Positions 9,932 through 19,152 are shown, numbered from the stretch's first letter. The stretch is 64,000 bases of DNA from Cyanobacteriota bacterium (GCA_046052125.1 JBJOMY010000005.1:160001-224000); one strand, 5' to 3'. Numbers and translations are program-made. The notes: generated by a model from the letters alone, not told the origin.

Positions 9932-11284
9932 TCAGGCTTGCCGCTTCAACACGGCAGCAAAGAAGCCATCGCCGCCACCATCCACTTCACCCGGCCACAG
10001 CTGCCAGCTCTCGATCAACTGCAGCTCGGGCTGATCGCCGAGGAGCGCATCGATCAGCTGCTGGTTTTCCCGTGGGTGCACGGTGCAGGTGGCGTAGACC
10101 AACCGACCTTGAGGCTTGAGCAAGGGGAGCAGCCCATCGAGCAGCTGGCGTTGCAACAACACCAGCTCATCGATCGCAGCCGGATCGATCCGCCAACGGG
10201 CATCGGCATGGCGGGCCAAGGTGCCAAGGCCCGAGCAAGGTGCATCCACCAGGATCCGATCCACGTGGCCCAACAACTCAGGCTGTTGGTTGGCCCAGGT
10301 GGTGGCATCGCCATGGCGCACATCAATGCAGTCGAGCCCCAGGCGCTCGGCGTTGCGGCTCACCCGCCGCAGCCGCGCTTCCCCGCGATCAAGGGCCAGC
10401 ACGGTGCCCTGATCCCCCATCAGTTCAGCTAGGTGGGTGCTCTTGCCACCGGGGGCGGCGCAGGCATCCAGGATGCGCTCACCTGGCTGCGGATCCACCA
10501 GCGGCGCTATGCGCTGGGCGGCTCGATCCTGCACACACCAATGCCCCTCGCTGAACCCAGGTAACCGGCTGAGATCACCGCTGCGGCCCACCAGCGTGAG
10601 CCCCTGCGGCACGCCCTCAATTGGCCGTGCCTCCACCCCAGCGGCGGCCAGTGCGGCCTGCACCTCAGCCGGCGTGGACCGCAACCGATTCACCCGCAGA
10701 TCCAAACCAGGCGGTGTGTTGCACGCCTGAGCGAACGCCTCGGCCCGCTCCGGCGGCAACCACTGCAGCAGGTTGCCAGTGAGCCAATCGGGCAGGGAAT
10801 ACCGCACCCCCAGTGCCACCGCCGGATCGGCCGCTGCCTGCGGGGGGAGCGGCAGGGTGTCGCCAGCCTCGCGGCGGCGCAGGAAGGCCCGAAGCATGCC
10901 GTTGGCCACTGGTGCCAGCCGCGCCAAGCCCCCACGTTTGGCCAGCTCAACGGTGGTGCTCACCGCTGCGGAGGCGGGCACCCGATCGCTGGCAATCAGC
11001 TGATAGAGGCCCAGATGGAGCAACCAGCGCAGCTTGGGGGGCTGGCGCTCCGCCGGAACTTTTCCCAACTGATCCAGCCAGGCATCCAACAAACGGCGCT
11101 GCCGGATCGCGCCGTAGGCGAGCTCCGTGGCCAGCGCCCGATCCAGGGGCGCCAGTTGAACCTTCCCTAGCTCCCGCTCGAGGGCCCCATCGGCATAGGC
11201 CCCCGCTGCCACGGCCTGCAGCACCTGCCAAGCCAGCTGGCGCGGCGCAAGACCCCTCGGTTCAGCAACAGCAGAAACGCTCAA
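9932..11284 (-). CDS. rsmB: 16S rRNA m5C967 methyltransferase
   Basis: NusB-like N-terminus, VQD, LDACAAPGGKSTH, DAPCSGLG, YATCT, DGFF. TTG start. Confidence 0.96.
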   Translation of the reverse strand: MSVSAVAEPRGLAPRQLAWQVLQAVAAGAYADGALERELGKVQLAPLDRALATELAYGAIRQRRLLDAWLDQLGKVPAERQPPKLRWLLHLGLYQLIASDRVPASAAVSTTVELAKRGGLARLAPVANGMLRAFLRRREAGDTLPLPPQAAADPAVALGVRYSLPDWLTGNLLQWLPPERAEAFAQACNTPPGLDLRVNRLRSTPAEVQAALAAAGVEARPIEGVPQGLTLVGRSGDLSRLPGFSEGHWCVQDRAAQRIAPLVDPQPGERILDACAAPGGKSTHLAELMGDQGTVLALDRGEARLRRVSRNAERLGLDCIDVRHGDATTWANQQPELLGHVDRILVDAPCSGLGTLARHADARWRIDPAAIDELVLLQRQLLDGLLPLLKPQGRLVYATCTVHPRENQQLIDALLGDQPELQLIESWQLWPGEVDGGGDGFFAAVLKRQA

Positions 11285-11324
11285 CAGGCCCGCAGCTCAG
11301 ACATTGCTTCACAACTAGCGCCCG

Positions 11325-11353
11325 GCGGCAGCCAGCGATAGCGAGCCAGCGGC
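11325..11353. repeat. Left copy of a 29-bp imperfect direct repeat (displaced 3' end of the ATL gene)
   Basis: gcggcagccagcgatagcgagccagcggc matches 11964-11992 at 27/29 positions; both copies read PLARYRWLP on the minus strand. Confidence 0.9.
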
Positions 11354-11402
11354 GACGTTCTGAAACAGGGGTGGCATTTCACCAACAAAGCCAGCCAGCC
11401 CC

Positions 11403-11660
11403 ATGCCGATCGTGAGCCGCTTTCTTGGCATCACCATCATGATGTTCTACGCCGACCATCAACCGCGTCACTTTCATGCGCGGTACGGAGCTGCGGAAGT
11501 GTTGGTGGAGATCGACTCGGGCCTTGTGCACGGGGCTTTTCCGCCTCGAGCGCTGCGATTGGTTCTTGAATGGAGAAGCCTCCACCTCAGCGAACTCCAG
11601 GAGGATTGGCAGCGATGCCAGGACCAGGAACCCCTCATCCCGATCCCACCCCTGGAATGA
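11403..11660 (+). CDS. DUF4160 protein (DhiT-like putative toxin)
   Basis: MPIVSRFLGITIMMFYADHQPRHFHARYG...LVLEW...EL..DW...PIPPLE, typical DUF4160 pattern. Confidence 0.88.
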   Translation: MPIVSRFLGITIMMFYADHQPRHFHARYGAAEVLVEIDSGLVHGAFPPRALRLVLEWRSLHLSELQEDWQRCQDQEPLIPIPPLE

Positions 11661-11980
11661 GCACACCATTGCGAATTGAGGCGGTCGAACACCTGGAAGG
11701 AACCAGGATCCGTGTGGCCTTCAGCAACGGGCGCAGCGGAGTGGCTGACCTGCAATGGCTTCTGACTGGGCCTCTCCTAGAGCCCCTCAAGCAGCCCGGA
11801 TACTTTGCAGGCTTGGAACTCAACGCAGAGCTGGGCACCATCACCTGGCCGAACGGAGCCGATTTGGCACCGGAAGCGATTTACTTCCAAGCCTTCCAGG
11901 ACGACCCATCGCTGCAGGAGACATTCCAGGCCTGGGGTTATCGCTCGGCAGCCAAATCGGGCTGCGGCAGCCAGCGATAA
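11657..11980 (+). CDS. DUF2442 protein (DhiA-like putative antitoxin)
   Basis: ATGA overlap with the upstream gene; RVAFSNG..G..DL..L.GPL.EPL....F......GTITWPNGADLAPE. Confidence 0.88.
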   Translation: MSTPLRIEAVEHLEGTRIRVAFSNGRSGVADLQWLLTGPLLEPLKQPGYFAGLELNAELGTITWPNGADLAPEAIYFQAFQDDPSLQETFQAWGYRSAAKSGCGSQR

Positions 11981-12276
11981 CGCGCCAGCGGCAACCGGCC
12001 TTCCGCATCCACGGGGATGCCTTCGGCCAACAGCAACTCCCGTTGGATCCAGTCGGATCCCTCACGGCTGAGGCTCATGCTGATGCGGCCTTGGGCGTTC
12101 ACCACCCGATGCCAGGGCACGTCCGTGGGCAGGGCAAGCCGGCGCAGGGCCCATCCCACCTGCCGCGCACAGCCGTAGGCACCGATCAGCTCGGCGATCT
12201 GGCCGTAGGTGGCGAGCTGACCCGGCGGGATCTGGTTCACCACCGCCCACACGCGCTGATCAAAGCTCGGCTCCAC
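11938..12276 (-). CDS. Alkyltransferase-like (ATL/YbaZ, MGMT family) protein
   Basis: IPPGQLATYGQIA, ARQVGWAL, PWHRVVNAQG (Trp replaces the catalytic Cys of MGMT). Confidence 0.93.
   Translation of the reverse strand: MEPSFDQRVWAVVNQIPPGQLATYGQIAELIGAYGCARQVGWALRRLALPTDVPWHRVVNAQGRISMSLSREGSDWIQRELLLAEGIPVDAEGRLPLARYRWLPQPDLAAER
11964..11992. repeat. Right copy of the 29-bp imperfect direct repeat, inside the ATL gene
   Basis: gcggcagccagcgataacgcgccagcggc; see 11325-11353. Confidence 0.9.
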
Positions 12277-12348
12277 GGGGCAACGCTATCGGCACGAAGC
12301 GGCAGATCCGGCGATCCAGGACGATGGGACTGAGGCCTGCGTTGATCG

Positions 12349-13044
12349 ATGCCCCTACTGCCCCGCCGCTTCGAACGACTCCAGGCCGTGCTGAACCGCC
12401 GCATGGGCGATCTCACGGTGGTGCTTGAAGCGGTGGACAAGCCCCACAACCTCTCGGCGATCCTGCGCACCTGCGATGCCGTGGGCGTGCTGGAAGCGCA
12501 TGTGGTGAGCCTGCCGGGACGGCCCCGCACCTTCAATAAAACCGCCAAGGGCAGCCAGAAGTGGGTGCCGCTGCATCCCCACCCGAGCATCGAGGAGTGC
12601 CTGAGCGGCTTGAAGGCGAAGGGCTTCCGCATCTATGGCACCCACCTGAGCGTGGATGCCCGCGACTACCGCGACTGCGACTTCACCGGCCCCAGCTGCT
12701 TCCTGATGGGGGCCGAGAAGTGGGGAATGAGCGATGAGGCGCTCGCGATGGTGGATCAACCGCTGTTCATCCCGATGACGGGCATGGTGCAGAGCCTCAA
12801 CGTGAGCGTGGCCGCCGCCACCCTGCTCTTTGAGGCGCTGCGCCAACGGGAGCGCGCGGGACTGGTTCCCAGCAACGGCGAAGGCGTTCCCGGCGGCGAG
12901 GAGGCCTACCGCAAGCTGCTGTTCGAGTGGGCCTACCCCCAGGTGGCCGACTGGTGCCGGCGACAAGGGCGCCCCTATCCGCCCCTCAGCGAAGAGGGCG
13001 AAATCACCGAGCAGCTGCCCCGCACCTTGAAACTTCGCTACTGA
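12349..13044 (+). CDS. trmH: tRNA (Gm18) 2'-O-methyltransferase
   Basis: KPHNLSAILRTCDAVG, MGAEKWG, IPMTGMVQSLNVSVA; SpoU C-terminal extension. Confidence 0.95.
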   Translation: MPLLPRRFERLQAVLNRRMGDLTVVLEAVDKPHNLSAILRTCDAVGVLEAHVVSLPGRPRTFNKTAKGSQKWVPLHPHPSIEECLSGLKAKGFRIYGTHLSVDARDYRDCDFTGPSCFLMGAEKWGMSDEALAMVDQPLFIPMTGMVQSLNVSVAAATLLFEALRQRERAGLVPSNGEGVPGGEEAYRKLLFEWAYPQVADWCRRQGRPYPPLSEEGEITEQLPRTLKLRY

Positions 13045-13047
13045 GTC

Positions 13048-13947
13048 TCAGCTCTGCGAGCGCCCGCTGGAGCCGCTACCGCTCAGCCAGCTCTCGAGAC
13101 CTTCGCCCAGGAACGACAACCCCAACACCAGCACAAACATCGCCACCCCGGGATACAGAGCGGTCCACCAGATTCCCGTGGGCAGAGCGCTGAGCGCCTG
13201 CTGCAGATCGCTCCCCCATTCGGGCACGGTTTCAGGCAAGCCGAGGCCCAAAAAGCCCAGACCGCCGAGCACCAGAACCGCATCGGCGGCGTTAAGGGTG
13301 AGCAGCACCGGCACAGAGGTGATCACGTTGCGGAACAGGTAGCGGCGCAGGATCCAGATCGGGCCAGCCCCGAGCGAGCGGGCTGCTTCCACAAACAACT
13401 CGGCCTTCACTTGAGCCGTTTGATTGCGCACCACGCGGAAGTATTGAGGCACGTACACCACACACAACGCAGCCGCCGCATTGGGCAAGCCCTTGCCCAA
13501 GAGGAAGGCGAGCACCACCGAGAGCAGCAGCACCGGCAGTGTGTAGAGCGTGTCCATCAGCAGCACCAGGACCCGATCCAGCCAGCCACCCAGATAGCCG
13601 CTCACCATGCCCAGCGGCACGCCGATCATCAGGGCAGACACCAACGCCACGGCCACCACCTGCAGAGCCACGCCACTGCCGGCGAGGGTGCGGCTGCACA
13701 CGTCGCGTCCCAGGCGATCGGTGCCGCACCAGTGCTGAAGGGAGGGCGGCGCATAGATGGGGTTATCGAGGCCCGCATTCACATCCGGCAGCAGGCCGAG
13801 GTGGGTGAACAGGGGCGTAAGCAGGGCGATCAGCAAATACGCGAGCACGATCAATGCGCCCCAGCGCGCCATGCGTGCCGCCAGGTTGCGCGGGCGCCAG
13901 CTCAGCAAGCGCGATGCCGCAGATGTGGGTAAGACAGGGGGAGCCAT
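13048..13947 (-). CDS. Peptide/nickel ABC transporter permease (DppC-like)
   Basis: HWCGTDRLGRDV, EAA loop FVEAARSLGA, LGFLGLG..PEWG. Start approximate. Confidence 0.92.
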   Translation of the reverse strand: MAPPVLPTSAASRLLSWRPRNLAARMARWGALIVLAYLLIALLTPLFTHLGLLPDVNAGLDNPIYAPPSLQHWCGTDRLGRDVCSRTLAGSGVALQVVAVALVSALMIGVPLGMVSGYLGGWLDRVLVLLMDTLYTLPVLLLSVVLAFLLGKGLPNAAAALCVVYVPQYFRVVRNQTAQVKAELFVEAARSLGAGPIWILRRYLFRNVITSVPVLLTLNAADAVLVLGGLGFLGLGLPETVPEWGSDLQQALSALPTGIWWTALYPGVAMFVLVLGLSFLGEGLESWLSGSGSSGRSQS

Positions 13948-13958
13948 TGCGGCACACC

Positions 13959-14699
13959 ATGGCATCGATCCGCGATGGCGGCCAAGCCACCCGCGTGCTG
14001 CTGGCCGACGACGATCCCCGTCTGCGGCAGTTTCTCGAGCTGGAGCTGGGGGAAGAGGGCTACGCGGTGCTCAGCTGCAGCGATGGCATCGAGGCGCTGA
14101 CGGCGATTCGCCAGGAGTTGCCCGATCTGGTGATCCTCGATTGGATGCTGCCGGATCTCAGCGGTGTGGAAGTGTGCCAGCGCCTGCGCTCCACCGGCTT
14201 GCAACTTCCGGTGCTGATGCTCACCGGCCGCGATGCGGTGCGGGATCGGGTGGAGGCACTCGATGCCGGCGCCGACGACTACCTCGTGAAACCGTTCTCT
14301 ATTGAGGAGTTGCTGGCGCGGCTGCGGGCCCTGGCCCGGCGCGGGGGAACCCCAGGGGCAACCGGGCAATCAACGCGGGAGGTGATGGAGCTGGAGGATC
14401 TGCAGCTGAATCTGGCCAGCCATGAGGTGAGCCGCGGCGGTGTGCCCGTGCACCTCAGCCACACCGAATTCCAGCTGTTGCGCTGCCTACTGGCGGAGGC
14501 GGGTCGGGTGCAGAGCCGCCAGAGCCTGCTCGAGCAGGTGTGGGGCGACAACTTCGTAGGCGACGCCAATGTGCTCGATGTGTATGTGCGCTACTTGCGG
14601 CGCAAGCTCGAACCGCCCGGCAGGCCGACCCTGATCCAAACGGTGCGCGGCGTGGGCTTCCTGCTCAAGGCCGGTGCGATCAAGGAGCCGGCCGAATGA
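13959..14699 (+). CDS. OmpR/PhoB-family response regulator
   Basis: LADDD, ILDWMLP, MLTG, GADDYLVKPF; winged helix LDVYVRYLRRKL..IQTVRGVGF. Confidence 0.95.
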   Translation: MASIRDGGQATRVLLADDDPRLRQFLELELGEEGYAVLSCSDGIEALTAIRQELPDLVILDWMLPDLSGVEVCQRLRSTGLQLPVLMLTGRDAVRDRVEALDAGADDYLVKPFSIEELLARLRALARRGGTPGATGQSTREVMELEDLQLNLASHEVSRGGVPVHLSHTEFQLLRCLLAEAGRVQSRQSLLEQVWGDNFVGDANVLDVYVRYLRRKLEPPGRPTLIQTVRGVGFLLKAGAIKEPAE

Positions 14700-15052
14700 G
14701 CGCTCCGCTGGTGGCCGTGGTGGACGATGACGCCCGCATCCGCGACCTGCTGGCAGCGGAGCTAGAAGACCTCGGAGCCGAAGTGCTGCGCTGCCGCGAC
14801 GGCAGCGACTTGCTGAATGCCGCCCAACTCAGCGCGGTGCAGCTGGTGCTGCTCGATTGGATGATGCCCGGCCTCAACGGCGAAGCCACGCTCCTAGGGC
14901 TGCGGGCACGCCAATTCAGCGGGCGCGTGGTGGTGGTCACGGCGCTGTGCGACCCGCAGGTGCAGGCCGCCGCCCAAGCCGCCGGTGCAGCGGCCACCCT
15001 GCTCAAAACCGAAGCGCTGGAGCAACTAGAGCACTGGCTCAACCAGGGCTGA
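14696..15052 (+). CDS. Stand-alone receiver-domain response regulator
   Basis: ATGA overlap with the upstream gene; VVDDD, LLDWMMP, VVTA, LLK; no output domain. Confidence 0.88.
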   Translation: MSAPLVAVVDDDARIRDLLAAELEDLGAEVLRCRDGSDLLNAAQLSAVQLVLLDWMMPGLNGEATLLGLRARQFSGRVVVVTALCDPQVQAAAQAAGAAATLLKTEALEQLEHWLNQG

Positions 15053-16520
15053 ACCAACGCCTGAGGCTCGCGCTGCGGCTGGCGCGCTCCTCCACCGGCG
15101 TGCTCAACACAGCAGGCAACCGCAACTGAAAATCGGCGCCTCCGCCCGGAGCATCTCCCACCGACGCCGAGCCACCCATCCGCTCCATCAGCGTTTTCAC
15201 CACAGCCAAGCCGATGCCATGGCCGCTGGTGTCGGCGCTGCCGCTGCCCCGGATGAACCGTCCAAAAATTTGCTCCCGCTCCGCGAGCGGCACTCCTGTG
15301 CCGTGGTCGCGCACGTGCAACACCACCTGATCGGCATCACTGCTGAGGGCCAGCTCAATCGGCAGGGTTGCGGGGCTGTATTTGAGAGCGTTCTCCACGA
15401 GGTTGGTGAGGCACTGACTCAACCGTTCGGGATCAGCGCACACATCGGCGTAGCTGCTGGGGAGCGGTTGAAGGATCAGGCGCCCGCTGGTGGTGTCTTG
15501 CAGGCGGCGGTGCACGTCTTCGAGCAGGGTGGCCGGATCGAGCTGGGCACTCTCCAGCTGCAAGCGGCCGGCGTCATCCCGGGCGATCTCGAGCAGATCG
15601 TTCACGAGGCGACCCATCGATTCGGCCTCAGAGGCCACCAACTCCAACTGCTCACGCTGTTCTGCGTTCAAGCCCTCGGCTCGGCGCAGCAAGCGGCGGC
15701 TGTAGCCGCTGATCAGGGTGATCGGTGTGCGGAGTTCATGCGACACGCCATTCACGAAGGTGCGCTGGTGCTCCCAGGCCTCCGCCAAGCGATCGAGGAG
15801 GTCGTTGAAGGCTGTGGCAATGGGATGGAGTTCAGCGGGTTGGCCCTTGAGGGAGAGCCGTTCAGTGCTCAGGGAGCGGGTGCTGATGCTCGCAAGCGTG
15901 GCGCTGAACAGATCCAGGGGCAGCAAGCCCCGATGAATCACCAGGCGCAGCAGTGCTGAAGTGAACAGAGCCGATGCACCGGCCACCGCCACCAAGAGCA
16001 GGCTGATCAGCTGCTCCTGTTCCGTTTCAAGGGTGAAATCCTGGAGGAAACGCAACTGATACGAACGGCCGGACAAACGCACCGGCATTGCACAGGTGAA
16101 ATAAGTGCGCCCGTTGAAGCGAAACTCTCGCGGCATCCCATCGGCCTTCAGGGCTGCATCAGCCGCACGCACCAAGGCATGGCCAACGTGAAACTCCTGA
16201 AAGGCCGCACCACTGGGCAATATCACCGGAGCGGTTGCGGGGCGGTCAGGCTCCAGCCAAACCATCCAGACCAATAAAGAGGGGCTGGCCAGATCAGCCA
16301 GGTGGCGCCGCAACTCAGCAGTGGTGTCGGTCTGCTCGGGCAGCAGCTCCTGCAACAGGCGCGTGGTTTCCTGCACCTGCGCGGCGTGGCGCTCATGACG
16401 CACCCGCGTTGACAGCTGCCGGTTCACCAGCAGCAACACCACATAGCCAGCCAGCACGGCCAACAAGCTGGTGGCCTGCAGGTGGCGGCGAATCGAAGCG
16501 GCCGGGCGAGCGGCAGGCAC
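15039..16520 (-). CDS. Membrane-bound HAMP sensor histidine kinase
   Basis: Two TM segments, HAMP domain, VSHELRTP, NLVENALKYS, DHGTG, GHGIGLA. Confidence 0.95.
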   Translation of the reverse strand: MPAARPAASIRRHLQATSLLAVLAGYVVLLLVNRQLSTRVRHERHAAQVQETTRLLQELLPEQTDTTAELRRHLADLASPSLLVWMVWLEPDRPATAPVILPSGAAFQEFHVGHALVRAADAALKADGMPREFRFNGRTYFTCAMPVRLSGRSYQLRFLQDFTLETEQEQLISLLLVAVAGASALFTSALLRLVIHRGLLPLDLFSATLASISTRSLSTERLSLKGQPAELHPIATAFNDLLDRLAEAWEHQRTFVNGVSHELRTPITLISGYSRRLLRRAEGLNAEQREQLELVASEAESMGRLVNDLLEIARDDAGRLQLESAQLDPATLLEDVHRRLQDTTSGRLILQPLPSSYADVCADPERLSQCLTNLVENALKYSPATLPIELALSSDADQVVLHVRDHGTGVPLAEREQIFGRFIRGSGSADTSGHGIGLAVVKTLMERMGGSASVGDAPGGGADFQLRLPAVLSTPVEERASRSASLRRWFSPG

Positions 16521-16578
16521 CCACAGGCGTCAGCTGCCACAACCGTAGGCAGGGGAAGCGGTCAGCACCACCAATCCG

Positions 16579-16596
16579 CTCTCAGAAAACTCTCAG
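16579..16596. promoter_or_regulatory. Candidate OmpR-family binding site: CTCTCAG-N4-CTCTCAG
   Basis: Perfect 7-bp direct repeat with an 11-bp period in the divergent kinase/pilin intergenic region. Confidence 0.45.
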
Positions 16597-16673
16597 GCAA
16601 TCAACGGCCAACACTTCTGGTGCAGCAGATCTGCGCTGAATACGTTGAACACATGCCCCCGAGCAACCCCTCC

Positions 16674-17180
16674 ATGACCACGACCACTCTTCGCCCCCAG
16701 CTGCAAACAGCGCTGATGCGCCAGCTGGGTCAATCGTCAAGCCGCAAGAAGAACCTGCTTCAACAAGGCTTCACCCTGGTGGAGCTGATGATCGTGATTG
16801 TGATTGTTGGGATTCTGAGCGCAATTGCTCTCCCCAACTTCCTTAGCCAATCGGACAAGGCGAAAGCCACCGAAGCCAAGCAACAGTCATCTTCGTATCT
16901 CAAGCAAGTTTATGCCGCCTACCAAGAAGGCGGAACGACAACAGCCAACTCTGCCGAAGGGACCGGAAGCATCCCATGCCCACTAGCAACCGTGGCAGTA
17001 ACGGACAAGTTCTTCGCCTACGAATGCGACCCCTCAGCAGCCTCAATCAAGGCAACAGGCACAGCAAAGTCTGGCAGCCTTAACGGCAAAGCAATGACTT
17101 CATCCGTGAACTTAACAACAGGCGTGATAACAATGGGCACGCTAGCCGCCGCCGCACCCGCTGCACCCGCTGCACCATAA
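16674..17180 (+). CDS. pilA: Type IV major pilin (PilA-like)
   Basis: KKNLLQQG|FTLVELMIVIVIVGILSAIALPNFL..DKAK..EAK; Cys pair in the head. Alternative start at 16653. Confidence 0.88.
   Translation: MTTTTLRPQLQTALMRQLGQSSSRKKNLLQQGFTLVELMIVIVIVGILSAIALPNFLSQSDKAKATEAKQQSSSYLKQVYAAYQEGGTTTANSAEGTGSIPCPLATVAVTDKFFAYECDPSAASIKATGTAKSGSLNGKAMTSSVNLTTGVITMGTLAAAAPAAPAAP
17151..17177 (+). repeat. 3x 9-bp tandem repeat encoding the (AAP)3 tail of the pilin
   Basis: gccgcaccc gctgcaccc gctgcacca immediately before the stop codon. Confidence 0.8.
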
Positions 17181-17249
17181 TCAAACAAATAGAACTAGAT
17201 ATCAATCAGATCTCATAGGCATGCCACAGATACTCAATAAGTACATACC

Positions 17250-18623
17250 ATGACTAAAGCCAAGTCACGGGAAGGCAGCGAAGGATTTATTCTCCCACTT
17301 GTTCTGATTGTCTCCCTAATCATCAGCACTGGGTTAATGGCTCTAGCAGCTCGTTCGTGGCTTGGACTCAATGGATCCATCCGCCAAAGCCAGTCCCGCC
17401 AAGCGCGAGAAATCGCCGAGGCGGGACTGGCCCGCTTAATCGAAAGCCTGAATTCGGATTACTCATATCTGCTGATCAAAGACCTGGGCGACTGGGGGGA
17501 TCAGTCGTACACCTCCTCGATCTGCACAAATTCGCAGATCGGATCACCCAGCACCACAGGAACGATTGGCAGCGACGGTCGTTACACCTTGGTGGATTAC
17601 GACTTCCAGGGCAGCCCCTTCTATGGCGGCAAAGCGATGATCAGGATGCGCGGGGAACGGTTACGCGGGAGCAACAGCGTTGCCGCAACAGCCATCGTGG
17701 ATCAAACCCTTGAGATCAAGCCGAAAAGCTGCACCACCTCATTCGGAGAACCAACAGTCACCAGCGGCTTCCCCGGGCTCCTCGGCCAGAGCATTGTCCT
17801 CGGAAATAATGATGTGTTCGGGAAGCTCTCAGGCAACGTTTTGTGCCTGCAGTGCTACAGCGGCACCGACTACGAAAACCTGACACGAGCACAGCAAGAA
17901 AATTATATCCAGATGAAAAATAATGGATCTGTTGCAGGCCAAATCTTTCTCGGACCTATCGATCTTCCACCAGTTCCGGAGCCGCCAGCAAGCCTAAGTT
18001 TCGGCACACCTGCAGACATCACAGCAACCAAAACACTCACTGCAGGAACCAATACAGGTGCATGCCGGGTAGAAAACCGCGGTGCAGGAACACCGATCAC
18101 CCACTGCGTCGTGAACTCGATCGATCTCAATAGCAAAAACAACATTCTTACAGTGGATACCACCGCAGGAGATGTTCGGATTTATGTCCGTGGTCCGCAA
18201 GTGACCCTGACTGGTGGAGCCGCCATCCGACACATCCCCCCGAATGCACCTGCAAGCTCCCTCGGATTATTTGGCCGACCAATCGATCCAACGAACGCCT
18301 ATCCCGATCAACTGGTCCGACTGGCCGGAGCATCCACAACCAATGCTCTTTGGGCATATTTCCCAGATGGCAACATGGGCATCAATGGAGGCTCGAAAGA
18401 AACAGCAGAATGCGACGGAACTGGCGAATGCACAGGAGGTGATATCAACGGCGCCGTGTGGGCTAAAGTGTGGAATGGCTCATCATCTAACGTCGCTCAA
18501 CTTGTGGTTCCGGCTGATATCGGCACACAGCTGTTCAACTCCTTTGGCCCACAATATGCACTTGGTATTCGCGACTATGTAGCACTGGGAATCTCCCATT
18601 GGAGTAGCTGGACAAAGCAATAG
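17250..18623 (+). CDS. PilX/GspK-like minor pilin with large Cys-containing C-terminal domain
   Basis: EG|FILPLVLIVSLI (no Glu5), QAREIAEAGL; 457 aa; visibly low GC. Confidence 0.8.
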   Translation: MTKAKSREGSEGFILPLVLIVSLIISTGLMALAARSWLGLNGSIRQSQSRQAREIAEAGLARLIESLNSDYSYLLIKDLGDWGDQSYTSSICTNSQIGSPSTTGTIGSDGRYTLVDYDFQGSPFYGGKAMIRMRGERLRGSNSVAATAIVDQTLEIKPKSCTTSFGEPTVTSGFPGLLGQSIVLGNNDVFGKLSGNVLCLQCYSGTDYENLTRAQQENYIQMKNNGSVAGQIFLGPIDLPPVPEPPASLSFGTPADITATKTLTAGTNTGACRVENRGAGTPITHCVVNSIDLNSKNNILTVDTTAGDVRIYVRGPQVTLTGGAAIRHIPPNAPASSLGLFGRPIDPTNAYPDQLVRLAGASTTNALWAYFPDGNMGINGGSKETAECDGTGECTGGDINGAVWAKVWNGSSSNVAQLVVPADIGTQLFNSFGPQYALGIRDYVALGISHWSSWTKQ

Positions 18624-18651
18624 ATGCCCACATGACACCAGAGAGGCAGCC

Positions 18652-19152
18652 ATGAAGAGGATTCCACGCTCACAGCCAGGCCAGACCGGCTTCAGCCTGC
18701 CTGAGGTGATGGTGGCCTCATTCATTTTGATCCTGGTTGTCCTCAGCAGCCTGCAAATGACAGGCTCTTCAATCCTTGGCATGGGGCGCTCTAAGCAGCG
18801 TGGACTGGTTGATGCAGATATCGCGTCCCATATGGAAACCCTCAGAGAAGGAGCTTTCCGCTATCTCTGCACTCAGGGTTGCGCCAATACTGAGCTCACC
18901 AAATCTCTTGCGTTCGATCTGGCCACTCTGAAGCCATTGTGCAGCGACAATAACCTGGGGCAAGGCCTCCTGAATGCTCTGCCGGCATCAGAAAAACCCA
19001 GCAGCTTCATCGTCAATAGTGTGCCTGCCGTAGAGGTACAAGTGGCATACAAACCTTTAGGAAATCAACTGAATGTGACCTTCACTGCCGCAGCATTACC
19101 TATGACTGTGAGCACCACCATCGTTCCCCACGCTCAAGGCTGGTGCCCATGA
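18652..19152 (+). CDS. PilV-like minor pilin
   Basis: QTG|FSLPEVMVASFILILV; ends ...WCP. Confidence 0.82.
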   Translation: MKRIPRSQPGQTGFSLPEVMVASFILILVVLSSLQMTGSSILGMGRSKQRGLVDADIASHMETLREGAFRYLCTQGCANTELTKSLAFDLATLKPLCSDNNLGQGLLNALPASEKPSSFIVNSVPAVEVQVAYKPLGNQLNVTFTAAALPMTVSTTIVPHAQGWCP

